In this document: piece after piece, positions 46,635 through 56,223 of the stretch | Position numbering within the stretch: the first letter of the stretch is position 1 | Layout of the letters: every line of letters begins with the position of its first letter | Source of the DNA: Cytophagales bacterium | Lineage (GTDB): Bacteria; Bacteroidota; Bacteroidia; Cytophagales; UBA9547 | NCBI GenBank assembly: GCA_004294265.1 | Contig: REAG01000118.1 | Span: 1 to 56,490 of the forward strand | DNA: 56,490 nt | Direction of reading: 5' to 3' | Program-made: the position numbers and the translations under genes | The notes under the pieces: model-generated | What the model was told of the DNA's origin: nothing | The model's input: only the letters and a program-made list of their open reading frames with translations | Database searches by the model: none

Positions 46635-49600
46635 TTATTGTTGTTCTTCTCTTTGCTCTTCTGGTCCCATATACTTTTCAAAAATAGTTTCTACTTTTTT
46701 GGCTTCTTCCGTCATGTTTTCATTTTTCAAAATAGTGGCTAGCTGGTTCAAAATATATAAATTTGATTGTACTTCCATTTCGTTTGAAATATTGTTTTTG
46801 TAATAATAACCCAATTCTTCATCGGCTCTGGCAGACATGGTATTGGTAATTTCCATGGCTTTTGATTTATCGCCACATCGAATCAGAATCCCGACAAATT
46901 GCGGACTTGTTACGTCATAAGGAATTGATTTATCAGGAATCATTGTTAGGCAATAATTGATTACTTCTTTGGCTCTCGCAATTTTATCGATGGCTGGTTT
47001 TCCTTCAGAACTTAATTTGATAGTGTCTTTTTCTTCCATACCTTCTTCGTAAAGTTGAGCCGCTAATCTATAAAACGACATTCGTGCATTGTAAGGAAAG
47101 CGTCTGTAATTTTCATCGTAAAACTTATCATCTGCCAATCCTCTGAAATACATATCTTTTGTCATGCGTTTATACATAATATCTGTATTGACAACGCCTT
47201 GTGTGGCTCCTGGCGTGCGAAATGGCATCAATCTATAAGCCAAACCTTCCATTTGCATATATTCTTTCAATCCAATATAATTAGAAGTTGAAAGCGTAGA
47301 TGAGTAATAAATAGGTCTTTCCCAGTTATTTGTTGAAATCATATCAAGCATAATCATAGTGGCTTTGTCTATGGCTTGTTTTCCATAACGCCAAACGATA
47401 GCAGAAGGCACATCTTTAGCTCTATTTTTAGGCACAAAATCCATAGAACTTACTTTTGCACTATCCACTGGCAACACTAAAACTTCGGATGGCAAAGTAG
47501 CAATTCCATCTCCGCTCGAAGATTGAACCATAATTGCCTCATTTTGCTCTTTTAACATTTTTATATATATTGGAACTGAAATTCCTCCGCTTCCTGCTTT
47601 ATTTTCATAATAAGGGATATAATCATTTTTACCTTGAATAAAATCTTTAAATTCCATCGAAATAGGCAAAGGTTGCGACTCGTAAGCCCGCATTTTCATT
47701 TGATTGATATACCAATCTGTGTTTAATAAACTTAAATTACAAACTCTTACATCGGTTCGGAAACCCTCCACTTCTTGCACATACCATAAAGGGAACGTAT
47801 CGTTGTCTCCACCTGTAAAAACAATGGCGTTTTTTTCGCATGAATTAAGTAAGTTTTTGGCAGAATCAATAGAATGATATCTGTCCGAACGGTCATGGTC
47901 ATCCCAACCTTGTGCACACATAATAACAGGAGCAACCAAGCCCAAACCTGTGGCAATTATGGGTCGAAGTCGCTCGTTTTTGACTACTCCAGTCATATAA
48001 TCTATAATAGCCAACACACCCAAACCTACCCAAATAGCAAACACATAAAATGAACCTACATATATATAATCTCTTTCACGTGGTTCGGTTGGTGGCGGAT
48101 TCAAATAAACAACTAAGGCAATTCCTGTTAATAAAAATAGCCATCCAAGCACAATAAAATCATTTCTATTCTTACCAAATTGAAAAACTAAACCTAATAA
48201 TCCGAGCAAAAGTGGAATGAAAAAATAGTTATTTCTGGCTTTGCTATTGGCAATAGAAGCTGGCAAACCTTCTTTTCCTTCCCAAGGACGCAAATAATCG
48301 GCATCTTGAATATCGCCCGCTCTACCAGCAAAATTCCACATGAAATAACGATAATACATGTGTCCAATTTGGTAATTAAAAAAGAATTTTATGTTATCGC
48401 CCATGGTTGGCTTCTTGCCTGCTGGCGAGCCTGTCCAACGGGCATATTCTTCTGCATGACCGCCTTGTTTGCTATGCAAACGAGGGAATAAAATTTCATG
48501 GCGTGGGTCAAATTTATTAATTATTTTATAATCGTAAATTTCATATTTTTTCTCACCTTTTCTGTAAAGTGGAGCGCCTTTTTCTTGATCAACTAGCTCT
48601 GCAGTATAACTTGGTCCGTATAATAAAGGACGATCGCCATATTGTTCTCGTTTCAAATAAGACACAAAACTCATCACATCTTCAGGGTTGTTTTCATCAA
48701 TAGGCGTATTGAAATTTGAACGAATTAAAATAACAGTGTAGCACATATATCCTATCAAAACAAATGCCAAAGCAAGTAAACTTGTGTTTAAAAGCACTTT
48801 ATTTGTTTTTATTGCATATAAAATTCCATACACCAAAATTCCTACAATAATTACAATAAATACAAAAGCACCTGAGCCAAAAGGCAATCCCAATCCGTTT
48901 ACAAAAAATATTTCAAATTTGCCTGCCATAGTTGGTAACCCTGGAATAACGCCCACTTGAATAAGCGCAATAATTGCCATAGAAACCAAAAAAGCAATAA
49001 ATCCGCCTTTTAAATTAGCTTTGTATCTTCGGAAATAATATAAAAATCCGAGTGCAGGAATAGTTACTAAGTTTAATAAATGGACACCTATTGAAAGTCC
49101 GACCATATAGGCGATTAACAACAACCAACGATCGGCAGCGGGTTCATCGGCAACAACTTCCCATTTGAGCATTGCCCAAAATACAAAAGCAGTAAAAAAT
49201 GAGGACATGGCATATACTTCGGCTTCCACAGCTGAAAACCAAAAAGTATCTGAAAATGTGTAAACCAACGAACCAACAAGCCCAGCTCCAATAATGGAAA
49301 TGGTTTGAGAGATGCTCGGAACCAAATCTTTGGAAGTCAAAACCAGCTTGCGTGCAAGCAAAGTGATAGACCAGAAAAGGAATAAAATGGTAAAAGAACT
49401 CGCTAAAACGGAGGACATATTAATCCAATACGCCACTTTTGTTACATCACCAAGTGCGAGAAAAGAAAAAAGACGACCGATAAGTAAAAAAAGTGGCGCT
49501 CCAGGCGGATGCGGCACTTGCAATTTAAAAGCACAAGCAATAAACTCTCCGCAATCCCAAAAACTAGCGGTTGATTCGGCTGTTATGGCATATACAACTG

Positions 49601-49658
49601 TTGAAATGGCAAAAACAACCCAACCAGCCCAATTATTAATTTTTTTGTACGAAAGCAT
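46635..49658 (-). CDS. DUF2723 / TMEM260-like GT-C fold membrane glycosyltransferase with a C-terminal soluble domain
   Basis: 1007 aa. N-terminus ASFWDCGEFIACAFKLQVPHPPGAPLF is typical of DUF2723. More than 10 TM helices are followed by a ~450-aa soluble region. Confidence 0.75.
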   Translation of the reverse strand: MLSYKKINNWAGWVVFAISTVVYAITAESTASFWDCGEFIACAFKLQVPHPPGAPLFLLIGRLFSFLALGDVTKVAYWINMSSVLASSFTILFLFWSITLLARKLVLTSKDLVPSISQTISIIGAGLVGSLVYTFSDTFWFSAVEAEVYAMSSFFTAFVFWAMLKWEVVADEPAADRWLLLIAYMVGLSIGVHLLNLVTIPALGFLYYFRRYKANLKGGFIAFLVSMAIIALIQVGVIPGLPTMAGKFEIFFVNGLGLPFGSGAFVFIVIIVGILVYGILYAIKTNKVLLNTSLLALAFVLIGYMCYTVILIRSNFNTPIDENNPEDVMSFVSYLKREQYGDRPLLYGPSYTAELVDQEKGAPLYRKGEKKYEIYDYKIINKFDPRHEILFPRLHSKQGGHAEEYARWTGSPAGKKPTMGDNIKFFFNYQIGHMYYRYFMWNFAGRAGDIQDADYLRPWEGKEGLPASIANSKARNNYFFIPLLLGLLGLVFQFGKNRNDFIVLGWLFLLTGIALVVYLNPPPTEPRERDYIYVGSFYVFAIWVGLGVLAIIDYMTGVVKNERLRPIIATGLGLVAPVIMCAQGWDDHDRSDRYHSIDSAKNLLNSCEKNAIVFTGGDNDTFPLWYVQEVEGFRTDVRVCNLSLLNTDWYINQMKMRAYESQPLPISMEFKDFIQGKNDYIPYYENKAGSGGISVPIYIKMLKEQNEAIMVQSSSGDGIATLPSEVLVLPVDSAKVSSMDFVPKNRAKDVPSAIVWRYGKQAIDKATMIMLDMISTNNWERPIYYSSTLSTSNYIGLKEYMQMEGLAYRLMPFRTPGATQGVVNTDIMYKRMTKDMYFRGLADDKFYDENYRRFPYNARMSFYRLAAQLYEEGMEEKDTIKLSSEGKPAIDKIARAKEVINYCLTMIPDKSIPYDVTSPQFVGILIRCGDKSKAMEITNTMSARADEELGYYYKNNISNEMEVQSNLYILNQLATILKNENMTEEAKKVETIFEKYMGPEEQREEQQ

Positions 49659-49781
49659 AAATTGCTATATATTATATGTGTTTGAAAAGATTCTTTTTTG
49701 AAATACGGCACGAAAATAACAAAAATATTGCGAAAGGCAATTTTTGTTAGAAAATTAAAATTTGGATGTATGTTAATTTAA

Positions 49782-49827
49782 AAATATAATTCTCAAATCA
49801 ATTTACATTGATTTGAGAATTATATTT
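49782..49827 (-). terminator. Rho-independent terminator (21-bp perfect stem) downstream of the lipB / small-ORF unit
   Basis: AAATATAATTCTCAAATCAAT ttac ATTGATTTGAGAATTATATTT, followed by TTTT on the minus strand. Confidence 0.7.
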
Positions 49828-49925
49828 CATTTTGGAAAATATTTTAAAGAATGTTATATAAAAATAAATCATTAGTTCTTATTTTAAAAACACAAATTTT
49901 TGCAATTTTAATACTTAAATTATTC

Positions 49926-50126
49926 CTACTTCTCAAGTTTTGTTATTTTTTCGAGCAAGAAATTAATTTGATTCTTTAACATATCTATAATATCATCTTT
50001 TGAATTTAGCAAAGCATTTAATTTATCAATAAGTTTTATTTCATTTATCGTATGAATATTATTGCCAATATATTGATTGTTATCGCCTTTAACAAATGAC
50101 TCTGTTTGGTCTCTGGGCTTTCGCAT
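49926..50126 (-). CDS. Hypothetical small coiled-coil protein (66 aa)
   Basis: ORF only. The C-terminal heptad-like segment is LIDKLNALLNSKDDIIDMLKNQINFLLEKITKLEK. No family recognised, and the start abuts the MITE at 50127-50280. Confidence 0.35.
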   Translation of the reverse strand: MRKPRDQTESFVKGDNNQYIGNNIHTINEIKLIDKLNALLNSKDDIIDMLKNQINFLLEKITKLEK

Positions 50127-50280
50127 TTTAAAATAAATGAAGTATTATTTTTATTTTATTCTATAATTATTACTGAATTTGTACTTTCCGAATAAGTCCT
50201 TCCTTTTGGATTCTGCGTAATTGGAGCAGAAATTGGATTAGGGGTGGGCATTTTTTGAAATATTTATGTGGGCTTTTCTA
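50127..50280. repeat. MITE, GGATTCTGCG core; IS1595-type right terminus overlaps the lipB stop codon
   Basis: The right end ATATTTATGTGGGCTTTTCTA ends at 50280, and the core is TTGGATTCTGCGTAATTGGAGCAGAAATTGG. The left terminus is decayed, so the left boundary is approximate. Confidence 0.6.
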
Positions 50281-50988
50281 AATTTTCATATCAAAAACTA
50301 AAGCTAAATTTTTAATTAATTTATCTTGAACTTCTTTAAGATTTATTTTCATATTTAATTCTTTTTCTAATGAAGTTACGGCCTTTCCTTCTATACCACA
50401 AGCAATGATATTTGAAAAATAAGATAAATCGGTATTTACATTAAGAGCTAAACCGTGCATAGAAACCCATCGGCTTGTTCGGACACCCATAGCACATATT
50501 TTTCGAGGATTTATGCTATTTGGTTCTATCCAAACGCCTGTTAGTCCATCAAATCGACCTGCTTCTATGCCATATTCTGCTAAAGTTAAAATCACAGACT
50601 CTTCCAGAAAACGTAAGTATTTATGAATATCAGTAAAGAAATTTTCTAAATCTAAAATTGGATAAATTACTAGTTGTCCTAATCCATGAAAAGTAATATC
50701 ACCACCACGATTGGTTTCAAAAAACTCAACACCTTTAGATTTTAACTCTTCTTTCCCGATTAATAAATGACTTATCTTGCCACTTTTTCCGATTGTATAA
50801 ACAGGAAAATGCTCACAAGAAAGTATGAAATTTGGTGTTAATAAAGCATTATTATCATTATTTCTATTTTCATTTTTTATTTCTACAATAGTTTTAAAAA
50901 ATTCGTCTTGTTTAGTCCAAGCCTCTGAATAAGAAATTCGCTCTAAATTTATAACTGAAACAAGGTTATTTTTTTGATAACTTATCAT
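50278..50988 (-). CDS. lipB: Lipoyl(octanoyl) transferase
   Basis: 236 aa with RGGDITFHGLGQLVIYPI and KICAMGV. Stop TAG = 50280-50278. Confidence 0.9.
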   Translation of the reverse strand: MISYQKNNLVSVINLERISYSEAWTKQDEFFKTIVEIKNENRNNDNNALLTPNFILSCEHFPVYTIGKSGKISHLLIGKEELKSKGVEFFETNRGGDITFHGLGQLVIYPILDLENFFTDIHKYLRFLEESVILTLAEYGIEAGRFDGLTGVWIEPNSINPRKICAMGVRTSRWVSMHGLALNVNTDLSYFSNIIACGIEGKAVTSLEKELNMKINLKEVQDKLIKNLALVFDMKI

Positions 50989-50990
50989 AA

Positions 50991-51569
50991 TTAATTATTA
51001 TTTTTTAATATTAGCTGATTTCTAAGCACTTTTTGATGTGCCATCAAAATTCCAACCATACTTATACTATCCGTGATTTCGGAGTTCAAAACCATATCAA
51101 CGGCTTTTAAAAAAGGAATTTTCATCACTTTAATATCTTCGCAATCTTCAGGATTTGCCATATTTTGAATTAATTTTTGAGCTAAATAAATAAATCCTTC
51201 CTCGTCTGTTACAGAATTTGAAGTATGAATTTTGCCTAATAATTCCCAATTTTGAGCCTCTAAACCTGTTTCTTCTTTTAGTTCACGTACGGCAGTTTCC
51301 AAAGGATTTTCGGTACCGATAGGTGAACCGCCTTCAGGAATTTCCCAACTATATTCATTTAAAGGGTAACGAAACTGCCCTACCAAATATATATTTCCTT
51401 CAGTATCAATAGGAACTATGCCAACTGCTTTATTTTTAAAAAGAACTTTTCCATAAATGCCAGGCTTGCCAGATGGATTTAAAACTTGGTCTTCTTCGAC
51501 TTTTATCCACGGATTTTCGTATATATTTTGTGTGCTTAATTTTTTCCAAGGATTTTTTTCTGTCTGCAT
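50991..51569 (-). CDS. NUDIX hydrolase (ADP-ribose pyrophosphatase-like)
   Basis: Start taken at ATG 51569 (MQTEKNPWKKL). Nudix box GGSPIGTENPLETAVRELKEETGL. The longer ORF start would overlap the divergent NlpC/P60 gene. Confidence 0.85.
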   Translation of the reverse strand: MQTEKNPWKKLSTQNIYENPWIKVEEDQVLNPSGKPGIYGKVLFKNKAVGIVPIDTEGNIYLVGQFRYPLNEYSWEIPEGGSPIGTENPLETAVRELKEETGLEAQNWELLGKIHTSNSVTDEEGFIYLAQKLIQNMANPEDCEDIKVMKIPFLKAVDMVLNSEITDSISMVGILMAHQKVLRNQLILKNNN

Positions 51570-51607
51570 GTGGATAATCAAAGAATAAGTTTTTTTATTT
51601 TTATAAA

Positions 51608-52129
51608 ATGATTCGCAAAGGTATATTTTATTGTCTTTTATTTTGTATTTTAAGTTGCAAATCATCAAAAAAAGTTGAAACAGCTGAAGTAAAAACAAAA
51701 ACTACATCTAAAACAAGCAAACCTAAGCCAAAACAAGTTTCTAAGAAAAATACTATTATTGATAAAGCCACCATGCACATAGGCACTCCTTATGCGGCAG
51801 GCGGAAAAAATCCTGCATCGGGTTTTGATTGCTCAGGATTTACCTATTATATTTTTCAAAAAGTTGATATATTATTACCTTCAACTGCTTGGGAACAAGC
51901 CGAAAAAGGTAAAGCAATTTTTATAAATGAAGCCGATAAAGGCGATTTGATTTTTTTTAAAGGTGGGAATTCAAAATCTAATGTTATTGGGCATGTTGGA
52001 ATTATCAATTCTAATAAAGGTCAAGCAATTACTTTCATTCACGCCAGTAGCTCAAAAGGAATTATGGTTTCGGCATTGACAGAAAAATATTTTAAAGAAA
52101 GATTTATTAAAATAAGACGATTTTTGTAA
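51608..52129 (+). CDS. NlpC/P60 family peptidoglycan hydrolase lipoprotein
   Basis: 173 aa. Lipobox (ILSCKSS), catalytic GFDCSGFTYYIF and GHVGI. Confidence 0.85.
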   Translation: MIRKGIFYCLLFCILSCKSSKKVETAEVKTKTTSKTSKPKPKQVSKKNTIIDKATMHIGTPYAAGGKNPASGFDCSGFTYYIFQKVDILLPSTAWEQAEKGKAIFINEADKGDLIFFKGGNSKSNVIGHVGIINSNKGQAITFIHASSSKGIMVSALTEKYFKERFIKIRRFL

Positions 52130-52131
52130 GT

Positions 52132-52377
52132 TTATTTTAATTTTAACTTATTGTTTTCTAAATTATAAATTAAATCTTCTAGTCCGTTCAGTTTTATTTC
52201 ATAAACGGTGGCAAGTTGCATACCTAATTTTCCGGGCGGAAAACCCTTTTTTTTGAACCATTCTAAGTAAAAAACAGGTATATCGAATAAAATAGTACCT
52301 TTGAATTTGCCAAAAGGCATTTTTACTTTTGTAATTTCAAGTAATATTTCGGGATTAACAGCATTAAACTCGTTCAT
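52132..52377 (-). CDS. DUF3820-like small protein
   Basis: Start taken at ATG 52377 (MNEFNAV). KMPFGKFKGT.L.D.P..YL.WF...GFP.GKLG matches the DUF3820 pattern. Confidence 0.6.
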   Translation of the reverse strand: MNEFNAVNPEILLEITKVKMPFGKFKGTILFDIPVFYLEWFKKKGFPPGKLGMQLATVYEIKLNGLEDLIYNLENNKLKLK

Positions 52378-53062
52378 TTTTAGGTTTTTTATTGATTGAA
52401 ACCATTTCAAATGAAATTCCTTTAGAAATAGTTTCAAAATATAAGCAAAAATTACTTAAATTACAAGTCTCACATTTGGGAGAACGAGCAACGCAAACAT
52501 ACCTTCCGTGTAAAATAAGCCAATGATGAGCTTCGGCTACATATTTTTTTGGGATATTTTTCATCAATACCTTTTCGACTTCTAGTGGAGTTTTTAGATT
52601 GGCATCAACCAATCCTAATCGTTTTGAAACCCTAAAAACGTGTGTATCGACAGCCATAGCAGGCTTATTAAAAATTATTGAAACTATAACATTTGCCGTT
52701 TTCCTCCCAACTCCAGGAAGTTTTATAAGTTCTTCAACAGTTGAGGGAACTTCCGAATTAAAATCAAGAATTAACATTTTGCCTAAAGCAATTAAATTCT
52801 TGGTTTTATTATTCGGAAAAGATATACTTTTAATATATGGAAAAAGGATTTCAAAAGTAGTATTTGATAAAATTTCGGGTGTTGGAAAATCTCTAAAAAG
52901 TGCTGGGGTATGCATATTAACCCGCTTGTCTGTGCATTGAGCCGATAAAACTACGGCAATTAAAAGTTCATAAGCATTAGAATGATGCAATTCAGTTTCA
53001 GCATTTTGAAAGTTATTTGAAAAATAATCAATTACATTTTTATATCTCTGCTTGATTGTCAT
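52364..53062 (-). CDS. nth: Endonuclease III
   Basis: 232 aa. HhH-GPD (LPGVGRKTANV) and a 4Fe-4S cluster (C.ARSPKCETC.LSNFC). Confidence 0.95.
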   Translation of the reverse strand: MTIKQRYKNVIDYFSNNFQNAETELHHSNAYELLIAVVLSAQCTDKRVNMHTPALFRDFPTPEILSNTTFEILFPYIKSISFPNNKTKNLIALGKMLILDFNSEVPSTVEELIKLPGVGRKTANVIVSIIFNKPAMAVDTHVFRVSKRLGLVDANLKTPLEVEKVLMKNIPKKYVAEAHHWLILHGRYVCVARSPKCETCNLSNFCLYFETISKGISFEMVSINKKPKNERV

Positions 53063-53643
53063 TCTGTAATTTTATTTACTTCATTTTTCGATAATTCATA
53101 CTTTTCATGTGTTTCGGGGCAAAAGGCAATTCCGCTATCATCAAATTTTAGTTTATATCCAGCCTCGCTCATCCAACCTGATTGTTTTGCTGGATTTCCA
53201 ACAACTAAAGCATAAGGTTTTACGGATTTTGTTACAACAGCTCCTGCTCCTACAAAAGAATATTTTCCTAAATTTATACCACAAATAATAGTTGCATTTG
53301 CTCCAATACTTACTCCTTTTTCTATTACTGTGCTTTTAAATTCAGTAGTTCTAGCAATAGCACTTCTTGGATTAATTACATTTGTAAACACAACGGATGG
53401 TCCAATAAAAACATCGTCATCACAAATTAATCCAGTATAAAGCGAAACATTGTTTTGAATCTTAACGCCATTTCCAATCTTAACTTTTGGAGAAATAACA
53501 ACATTTTGTCCTATATTACAATTATCTCCTATTTCGGAGTTAGACATAATATGTGAAAAATGCCAAATCTTTGTTCCTTTTCCTATGCTACAATTTTCGT
53601 CTATAAAAGATGATGAATGTACGAAATGTTCATTATTTTTCAT
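53059..53643 (-). CDS. Left-handed beta-helix sugar N-acetyltransferase (WbpD/WlbB-like)
   Basis: 194 aa. Hexapeptide repeats (IGKGTKIWHFSHI, IGDNCNIGQNV, IGNGVKIQNNV), then VVGNPAKQSGWMSEAG. Confidence 0.8.
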   Translation of the reverse strand: MKNNEHFVHSSSFIDENCSIGKGTKIWHFSHIMSNSEIGDNCNIGQNVVISPKVKIGNGVKIQNNVSLYTGLICDDDVFIGPSVVFTNVINPRSAIARTTEFKSTVIEKGVSIGANATIICGINLGKYSFVGAGAVVTKSVKPYALVVGNPAKQSGWMSEAGYKLKFDDSGIAFCPETHEKYELSKNEVNKITE

Positions 53644-54853
53644 GCCATTTGAATTTTAAGTATTGCAACAAATTAAAAGGCTTAGAATCTTCATCAACCC
53701 TAGCCATTATGCAAGCGGTTATGATATTAAATGAAAAAATGAGGGTATTATCTATTAAAAATAAAGGTATAAAACTAAAAAACATCATATAGCCAACATT
53801 GCTATAACAGTATAAGTAATACATAATAAAAAAGTAAATTATTACGCCAATTAACCCTACATCAAAATGTAATTTCAAAAAATCGTTGTGTGTTAAAAAC
53901 GGTTTTTCATAAAAATAATATACTTCGTTAAATATAGTTTTCCATAAATAAAATTCGGTTTGCCCTATTCCATTCCCAAAAAAATAAATCATCCAATCTC
54001 TTTTCTCAATTTGTATAATTAAATCTCTTACTAAAATGAGCCTACCTGTCAAAAAGTGATCTGGATTCATATCTTTTTTTCCAATAAATTCTAAAAAAGA
54101 GATTGTTACACCTTCTATATTGGTTGCTATTAAGTAAAAAGTTATGTAATAAACTGCGAATAATAATATGGTTAAAATTCTGTTTTTTTGTATTTTTAAT
54201 AAATCAAAAAAGAAATAGTAAGTTATCATAGCAGGAAAAATTCCTAAAAGATTGGCTCTTTTGTTTACCAAAAGCATAAAGAAAATAGCTAATGCAAGAA
54301 ATTTATAATCTTTTTTATAAAAAAAATACAAAATAAAAAGGCAAGCAATAGTTCCAAAATGATACTCATGTTGAAAATCGTAGTTTGAATATAAAACCGA
54401 ACTCATTAAATTCCAATTTACATCAAAATCTATCCAAATAATGTAACAAATAATAGAAAAAATAAATACCCAAACGATATGATAATGCCTAAATTTGAGT
54501 TCTTTTAAAGAAAAAAGCAATAATGGACCACTTGTAATAATTAAATCTCTAATTACATTTTTCCAAAATATTTGTTGCGTATTTGGTGTAATAAAAATAC
54601 TAAAAGCACAACTTAAAAGGTATAAAATTAGAATAAAAATTTGATTTTTATTTATTGGAATAGTCCAAATATTTTCTTTTAAAAAATAAAGAAAATAAAT
54701 ATAAACAAAAGCAATGAAAGGCATGAAATAAAATATTGGTCTTGAAGCTGCAATAAAATGATAAGCAACAAAAAGTGGAATATAAAATGCAAAAACTACC
54801 CAATCGGAAGTATTAAAATTTATTCTTTGATTGTAATTTAATGTGATTTTCAA
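53633..54853 (-). CDS. O-antigen ligase/polymerase (Wzy_C)-like polytopic membrane protein
   Basis: 406 aa and about 10 TM helices. NKRANLLGI, GNGIGQ and HNDFLKLHFDVGLIGVI resemble the Wzy_C loop and the following helix. TTG start in a TTGA overlap with the tolC-like stop. Confidence 0.6.
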   Translation of the reverse strand: MKITLNYNQRINFNTSDWVVFAFYIPLFVAYHFIAASRPIFYFMPFIAFVYIYFLYFLKENIWTIPINKNQIFILILYLLSCAFSIFITPNTQQIFWKNVIRDLIITSGPLLLFSLKELKFRHYHIVWVFIFSIICYIIWIDFDVNWNLMSSVLYSNYDFQHEYHFGTIACLFILYFFYKKDYKFLALAIFFMLLVNKRANLLGIFPAMITYYFFFDLLKIQKNRILTILLFAVYYITFYLIATNIEGVTISFLEFIGKKDMNPDHFLTGRLILVRDLIIQIEKRDWMIYFFGNGIGQTEFYLWKTIFNEVYYFYEKPFLTHNDFLKLHFDVGLIGVIIYFFIMYYLYCYSNVGYMMFFSFIPLFLIDNTLIFSFNIITACIMARVDEDSKPFNLLQYLKFKWHEK

Positions 54854-56199
54854 TAGCTTATTTCATTATTTAAATAAAATGATAGTACTTTTTGCTTCAA
54901 ATATAGATCAAATTTTTGCTGAATAAGGTCTGAGTTTGATTTAAAAAGATTATTTTGAGCCAAAACTAATTCAACAGAATTTGCCATTCCAACATCAAAC
55001 CTTTTTTGAGTTGCTTTTAAGGATTCCTCGTTTGCAAGTTTTAAATTTTCAAGAGAGTTTAATCTTTTTTGAGCCACAATATATTCAGTTTGAGCGGTTT
55101 CGATTTTTTTTCTAAGCTGATTTGAAATGTTTTCTAGGGCTATTTTTGCTCTTTCTTTGTTTATTATTGCATTTTGTTCGTTTCCTCTGAGTCTATAATT
55201 TCCAAAAATAGGCACATTTAAGTTTAAAAAAATACTTTGAGCAAAATTATCAATGATTTGGTTTGGATACGGGTAGTTTATTACTCTTCCAAAGTTATCA
55301 AATCGTGGTAAAGCAGAAGAAAAGCGAGAATTAAGGCTTGCCGAAAGCGAAAGTGTTGGATATTTTGCAGCCTTATTGCTGTTATGTGCTTTTTCTGCAG
55401 CATTTATTTTTAATAAAGAATTTTTTATGGATGGTTGATTTTGGTAAGCTTTTGCATATATTTCTGAAGAACTAAGTATAATATTGTTTTCAATTGAAGT
55501 AAGTTCTGGTGTTTCTATATCAAATTTTTCTAAATCAATTTCGTTTGCTGGTAAATTCATTAATTGTATTAAATTAAGTTTAGAAATCCGTAATTGATTT
55601 TCACTATTTATCATTGAAAGTTCATCGTTAGCTAATTTGGCTTTTAAATTAATTAAATTAAGTTCGGTTTGAATGCCAGCAGAAACTAGTTTTTGAGTTC
55701 TTTCTGCATCCGATTTGGTTGTATTTACTTGATTTATAGCTATTTTATTAATTTCTTTTTGAAAAAGAACTTGCGAAAAGGCTTGAACTAAAGAAAGAAG
55801 TACATTATTTTTAATATCTTCCTTTTCAAAATTTGTGGCTTCAAGGTTTATGTTTTGTTGTTTTTTGGCTTCATTAATTCTTCCAAAATTGTATAAAACT
55901 AAGTTTGCATCTATCGAAAGAAAAGATGAACCAATCTGTTTGTCTATAAAAGTATTTGAACCAGGGTCTATACCTCTCCCAAATTGATACCCATAGTTTG
56001 CATTTCCATTTACACTAGGGAATGCTGCGTTTTTAGCTAAATTTTGATTTAATTTTGCAGATTCGATGTTTAATAAAACTTGTTTTAAATCTAAATTATT
56101 TTTTAAAACAATTTCAGCACAATTTTTCATTGTAAAAATTTGTGCTTGTAGTTTAATTACAATAAAAGAAAAAAAATAAACGAATTTTAATGATTTCAA
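54850..56199 (-). CDS. TolC-family outer-membrane efflux protein
   Basis: 449 aa. Signal peptide and two OEP repeats with long coiled-coil segments (…AGIQTELNLINLKAKLANDE…, …VGMANSVELVLAQNNLFKSNSDLIQ…). Confidence 0.85.
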   Translation of the reverse strand: MKSLKFVYFFSFIVIKLQAQIFTMKNCAEIVLKNNLDLKQVLLNIESAKLNQNLAKNAAFPSVNGNANYGYQFGRGIDPGSNTFIDKQIGSSFLSIDANLVLYNFGRINEAKKQQNINLEATNFEKEDIKNNVLLSLVQAFSQVLFQKEINKIAINQVNTTKSDAERTQKLVSAGIQTELNLINLKAKLANDELSMINSENQLRISKLNLIQLMNLPANEIDLEKFDIETPELTSIENNIILSSSEIYAKAYQNQPSIKNSLLKINAAEKAHNSNKAAKYPTLSLSASLNSRFSSALPRFDNFGRVINYPYPNQIIDNFAQSIFLNLNVPIFGNYRLRGNEQNAIINKERAKIALENISNQLRKKIETAQTEYIVAQKRLNSLENLKLANEESLKATQKRFDVGMANSVELVLAQNNLFKSNSDLIQQKFDLYLKQKVLSFYLNNEISY

Positions 56200-56223
56200 A
56201 ATTTTGATTTTAGATTAAAATTA

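Noticed and set aside
49312-49701. 129-aa plus-strand ORF and many similar 60-110-aa ORFs lying antisense inside long genes (for example 688-924, 1100-1324, 1267-1473, 2947-3222, 4438-4686, 6185-6439, 6755-7012, 7138-7378, 22146-22346, 22773-23030, 24224-24469, 29476-29667, 29706-30338, 35458-36147, 40571-40777, 47747-47956, 48306-48491, 52599-52940)
   Set aside because: They are fully nested in, and antisense or out of frame to, ORFs with strong family signatures. They have low-complexity or odd composition and no recognisable motifs, so they are shadow ORFs typical of AT-rich DNA.
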